Source: Eubacteriales bacterium (GTDB lineage: Bacteria > Bacillota > Clostridia > Oscillospirales > CAG-382). From it: a stretch of 64,000 nt of DNA. Positions 61,969 to 64,000 of this stretch are shown here, in pieces (positions within the stretch are counted from its first letter, which is position 1; the number at the start of each line of letters is the position of its first letter). Under the pieces are notes generated by a model, which did no database searches, was not told the origin of the DNA, and was given only the letters and a program-made list of their open reading frames with translations. Position numbers and translations under genes: made by a program. The stretch covers positions 69,348-133,347 of the forward strand of contig JAZQKV010000086.1 of assembly GCA_045542335.1 (NCBI GenBank). Reading direction: 5' to 3'.

Positions 61969-61997
61969 TTGACAAAACGGTACAGATATGTTATAAT
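61969..61997 (+). promoter_or_regulatory. Consensus extended SigA promoter for tRNA-Ser locus
   Basis: TTGACA-17 bp-TATAAT with TGn extension. Confidence 0.85.
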
Positions 61998-62030
61998 ACC
62001 ACCGTTGCGTGAGTTGCCGTAACGATATAC

Positions 62031-62070
62031 GGAGGTGTATCGAAGTGGTCATAACGGTCTCGACTCGAAA
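62031..62070 (+). pseudogene. tRNA-Ser(CGA) 5' half, copy A
   Basis: GGAGGTGTATCGAAGTGGTCATAACGGTCTCGACTCGAAA; similarity stops at end of anticodon loop. Confidence 0.8.
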
Positions 62071-62232
62071 GCTTCTACGTCTAATGGAACTCATATAGCC
62101 CGAAACCCTTGATTTTATGCGGTTTCTGTAATTTGATTTTTAACTTATTTTTGCTTGTTTTGCCCATGTTTTTGCCTTAAATATCATTTTGCCAAATTTG
62201 TCAGGGCTGACATATAAAACAATTTCATATCT

Positions 62233-62275
62233 GGAGAAGTATCGAAGTGGTCATAACGGGGCGCACTCGAAATCA
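62233..62275 (+). pseudogene. tRNA-Ser(CGA) 5' half, copy B
   Basis: GGAGAAGTATCGAAGTGGTCATAACGGGGCGCACTCGAAATCA; no variable arm or T-arm follows. Confidence 0.8.
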
Positions 62276-62310
62276 TGTTGTTTTCTCCAAAAACTGAATA
62301 TTTTTTACAC

Positions 62311-62399
62311 GGAGAGGTATCGAAGTGGTCATAACGGGGCTGACTCGAAATCAGTTTGCGAGCAATCGCACGCGGGTTCGAATCCCGCCCTCTCCGCCA
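62311..62399 (+). tRNA. tRNA-Ser(CGA)
   Basis: Acceptor GGAGAGG/CCTCTCC, anticodon arm GCTGA-CTCGAAA-TCAGT, long variable arm TGCGA-GCAA-TCGCA, GGTTCGAATCC T-loop, G discriminator + CCA. Confidence 0.95.
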
Positions 62400-62434
62400 A
62401 AAACCCTTGAAAACACTACGTTTTCAAGGGTTTT
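62400..62434 (+). terminator. Palindrome after tRNA (terminator and/or att-associated site)
   Basis: AAAACCCTTGAAAAC-ACTAC-GTTTTCAAGGGTTTT. Confidence 0.7.
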
Positions 62435-62447
62435 CACTTTGTCTTGG

Positions 62448-62563
62448 TGGTGCCCGCTTTTTGTGAATGGTGCCCTTGGTGCCCTAATTTGTGGTGCCCT
62501 CGGTGTTTTGCTCTATTCAGTTTATTCATCAAAAATGAATGCTGTGGTGCCCTTATGGTGCCC
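62448..62563 (+). repeat. Six direct repeats TGGTGCCC (probable integrase arm-type sites)
   Basis: Copies at 62448, 62468, 62477, 62492, 62545 and 62556, between tRNA and integrase 3' end. Confidence 0.7.
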
Positions 62564-62726
62564 GAATGTCTTAAAAACCTATAAAAAGTAGTGAAAAGCT
62601 GTAAAGAGATATTCCCGTTATAGCTCTATATCACTACTTTTTTTCTTTGGCTTTTCTTCCTTGCCTCCGTCGCCTTGCTTCTTCTCTCCGTCGCCTTTCG
62701 GCGGGTGTAGTGCCTTGTGGTAAACG

Positions 62727-63920
62727 TCAAGGACGGATTTTTTTACGTTCAAGGCGCACGTCAACGTACTGTGCCGTTACTGCTTCAAGGTTGGTTGAGA
62801 TACCGAGCGACATTCCGATACCTTTTAACGTATGCCCCAAGATCTCACCGACAGTATAAAAGTCTCCCGTGAGTTGGTGCATATTGGTCGCCGCCGTATG
62901 CCGCAAATCGTGAAAACGAATATGCGGCATTTCAAGGTGCCGTACAAGCTGACCGAAATTGTTTGAAACAACGTCGCGCCGATAAGGTGCGCCGTCGGGT
63001 TTTGAGATCACAAGATCATTGTCATAGTACGGTGTCCCTGCGGCGGATGTAAGCTCCTTCCTCCTTTCTTGCAAATTTTTCGCTTGCTCAAAATATGGGC
63101 GCGTCAGATCGGTGATCGGCAATATTCTATCGTTGGATTTTGTCGGTGCCATTTCCGCAACCTCTTTTGTCCCTGCGGGGAGATTAAACGGTAATTGCTC
63201 GACAACGCCGAACGTGCCTTTTTCCAAATCTACGTTCTGCCAACGCAAGCCGAGAATTTCACTCATACGCAAGCCGTACATACCCGCAAGCATAACGGGC
63301 ATTTCCCACTCCGTACCGATAACCTTGCTCATAAAATCTTGCATTTGCTCTATGGTGTACGGGTCGGGTGTCTTGCCCTGCTTGCCAAACTTCGTGATAA
63401 CATCACGGGCGGCATTGTGTTCTATGTAGTGATATTTTCTTGCGTGTTCCAATGCGACGCTCATAATTCTTTGAGCATATCTGACGCTACTGTTTGACAA
63501 TCCGCTATCGAACATTTTTTGAAACATATTGTCAAGCATAGCGGGCGAAAGCTGATTGAGTTGAACATGTCCGATGTTCGGTACAATGTGGTTTTTGATA
63601 TAGCCCTTGTAGCTCGCAAACGTGCTTGGGCGCAAGTTTGCTTTGCCGTGTATCTCTACCCATTCCTCCATATAATCCTTGACCGTCTGCTTGCCTTGTG
63701 CGGAAGCAACGGGGGTATAGACGGGATTTGCGAGCTTGGTTTTCATTTCAGCTTCGTGCTGTGTAGCTTCTTTTTTGGTCGCAAAGCCCTTTTTGGAATA
63801 AGTCTTTTTGCCTTCGGGCGAATTGTATTTGATATTAACGTCGTACACGGTGCCTGGCTTACCCGTCAGAACACCGTTACTATCACGTTTATTTTGTACT
63901 TGTCTTGATGATACCGCCAT
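62727..63920 (-). CDS. Tyrosine recombinase/integrase (arm-binding + SAM-like + catalytic domains)
   Basis: KKGF.TKKEA arm domain, LRPST..SY, GLR.SEILGL.W, KS, RFHDLRHT, LGH, T..Y. Confidence 0.92.
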   Translation of the reverse strand: MAVSSRQVQNKRDSNGVLTGKPGTVYDVNIKYNSPEGKKTYSKKGFATKKEATQHEAEMKTKLANPVYTPVASAQGKQTVKDYMEEWVEIHGKANLRPSTFASYKGYIKNHIVPNIGHVQLNQLSPAMLDNMFQKMFDSGLSNSSVRYAQRIMSVALEHARKYHYIEHNAARDVITKFGKQGKTPDPYTIEQMQDFMSKVIGTEWEMPVMLAGMYGLRMSEILGLRWQNVDLEKGTFGVVEQLPFNLPAGTKEVAEMAPTKSNDRILPITDLTRPYFEQAKNLQERRKELTSAAGTPYYDNDLVISKPDGAPYRRDVVSNNFGQLVRHLEMPHIRFHDLRHTAATNMHQLTGDFYTVGEILGHTLKGIGMSLGISTNLEAVTAQYVDVRLERKKIRP

Positions 63921-63923
63921 AGC

Positions 63924-63998
63924 TTAACCCCCTTGTGTAGCCGGGGATTTAGCCGCCGTCTTTGCTCTATGGTACCAATCCCATATTGCAGAATCGGC
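63924..63998 (-). CDS. C-terminal fragment of small gene upstream of integrase (possibly excisionase/HTH)
   Basis: Frame ADSAIWDWYHRAKTAAKSPATQGG* ends 3 nt before integrase ATG. Confidence 0.4.
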   Translation of the reverse strand, partial: ADSAIWDWYHRAKTAAKSPATQGG

Positions 63999-64000
63999 TA

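Larger units (their letters stand above)
62400..64000. mobile_element. Edge of tRNA-Ser-integrated element (ICE/IME/prophage), extends beyond window
   Basis: tRNA 3' end, arm repeats, convergent integrase and a co-oriented upstream gene fragment. Confidence 0.75.

Noticed and set aside
62031-62350. Three ~40-bp repeats with unique spacers, resembling a CRISPR array
   Set aside because: The repeats are tRNA-Ser 5' sequence, the spacers are very unequal (~160 and ~35 bp), and there are no cas genes
62189-62591. ORFs 62189-62410 and 62325-62591
   Set aside because: They are translations of tRNA and att-repeat sequence

Overview
A 64-kb chromosomal segment from a spore-forming Clostridia (Bacillota) genome, probably an uncultured Oscillospirales-type gut or rumen anaerobe (spo0A, SLH proteins, SigA promoters). 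A housekeeping core (pdp, rpsU, leuS-rsfS-LCP-yqeK-nadD-yhbY-rdgB-ftsY-mnmM, spo0A, uvrB, ytqA/mnmL-like radical SAM) is interleaved with small AraC-associated catabolic and transport modules (GH2+GH43, DHQase-like+SDR, ferredoxin+FAD oxidoreductase, MATE) and three large surface proteins. The most notable items are: (1) a 2765-aa multimodular secreted protein ending in an X-module/type-II-like dockerin, directly upstream of a cohesin-like/FN3/SLH anchor protein, which suggests a non-cellulosomal cohesin-dockerin display pair; (2) a tRNA-Ser(CGA) locus in which two divergent 5' tRNA halves, each broken at the anticodon loop, precede the intact tRNA under one consensus promoter, followed by arm-type repeats and a tyrosine integrase at the edge of an integrated element; (3) a tandem, same-frame pair of QueG/reductive-dehalogenase-like Fe-S proteins near a tetrapyrrole/iron-chelate ABC importer and SirC/CysG-N; (4) an unannotated ~75-nt hairpin sRNA candidate with its own promoter and an anti-SD loop. 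All calls come from motif recognition only; no searches were run.
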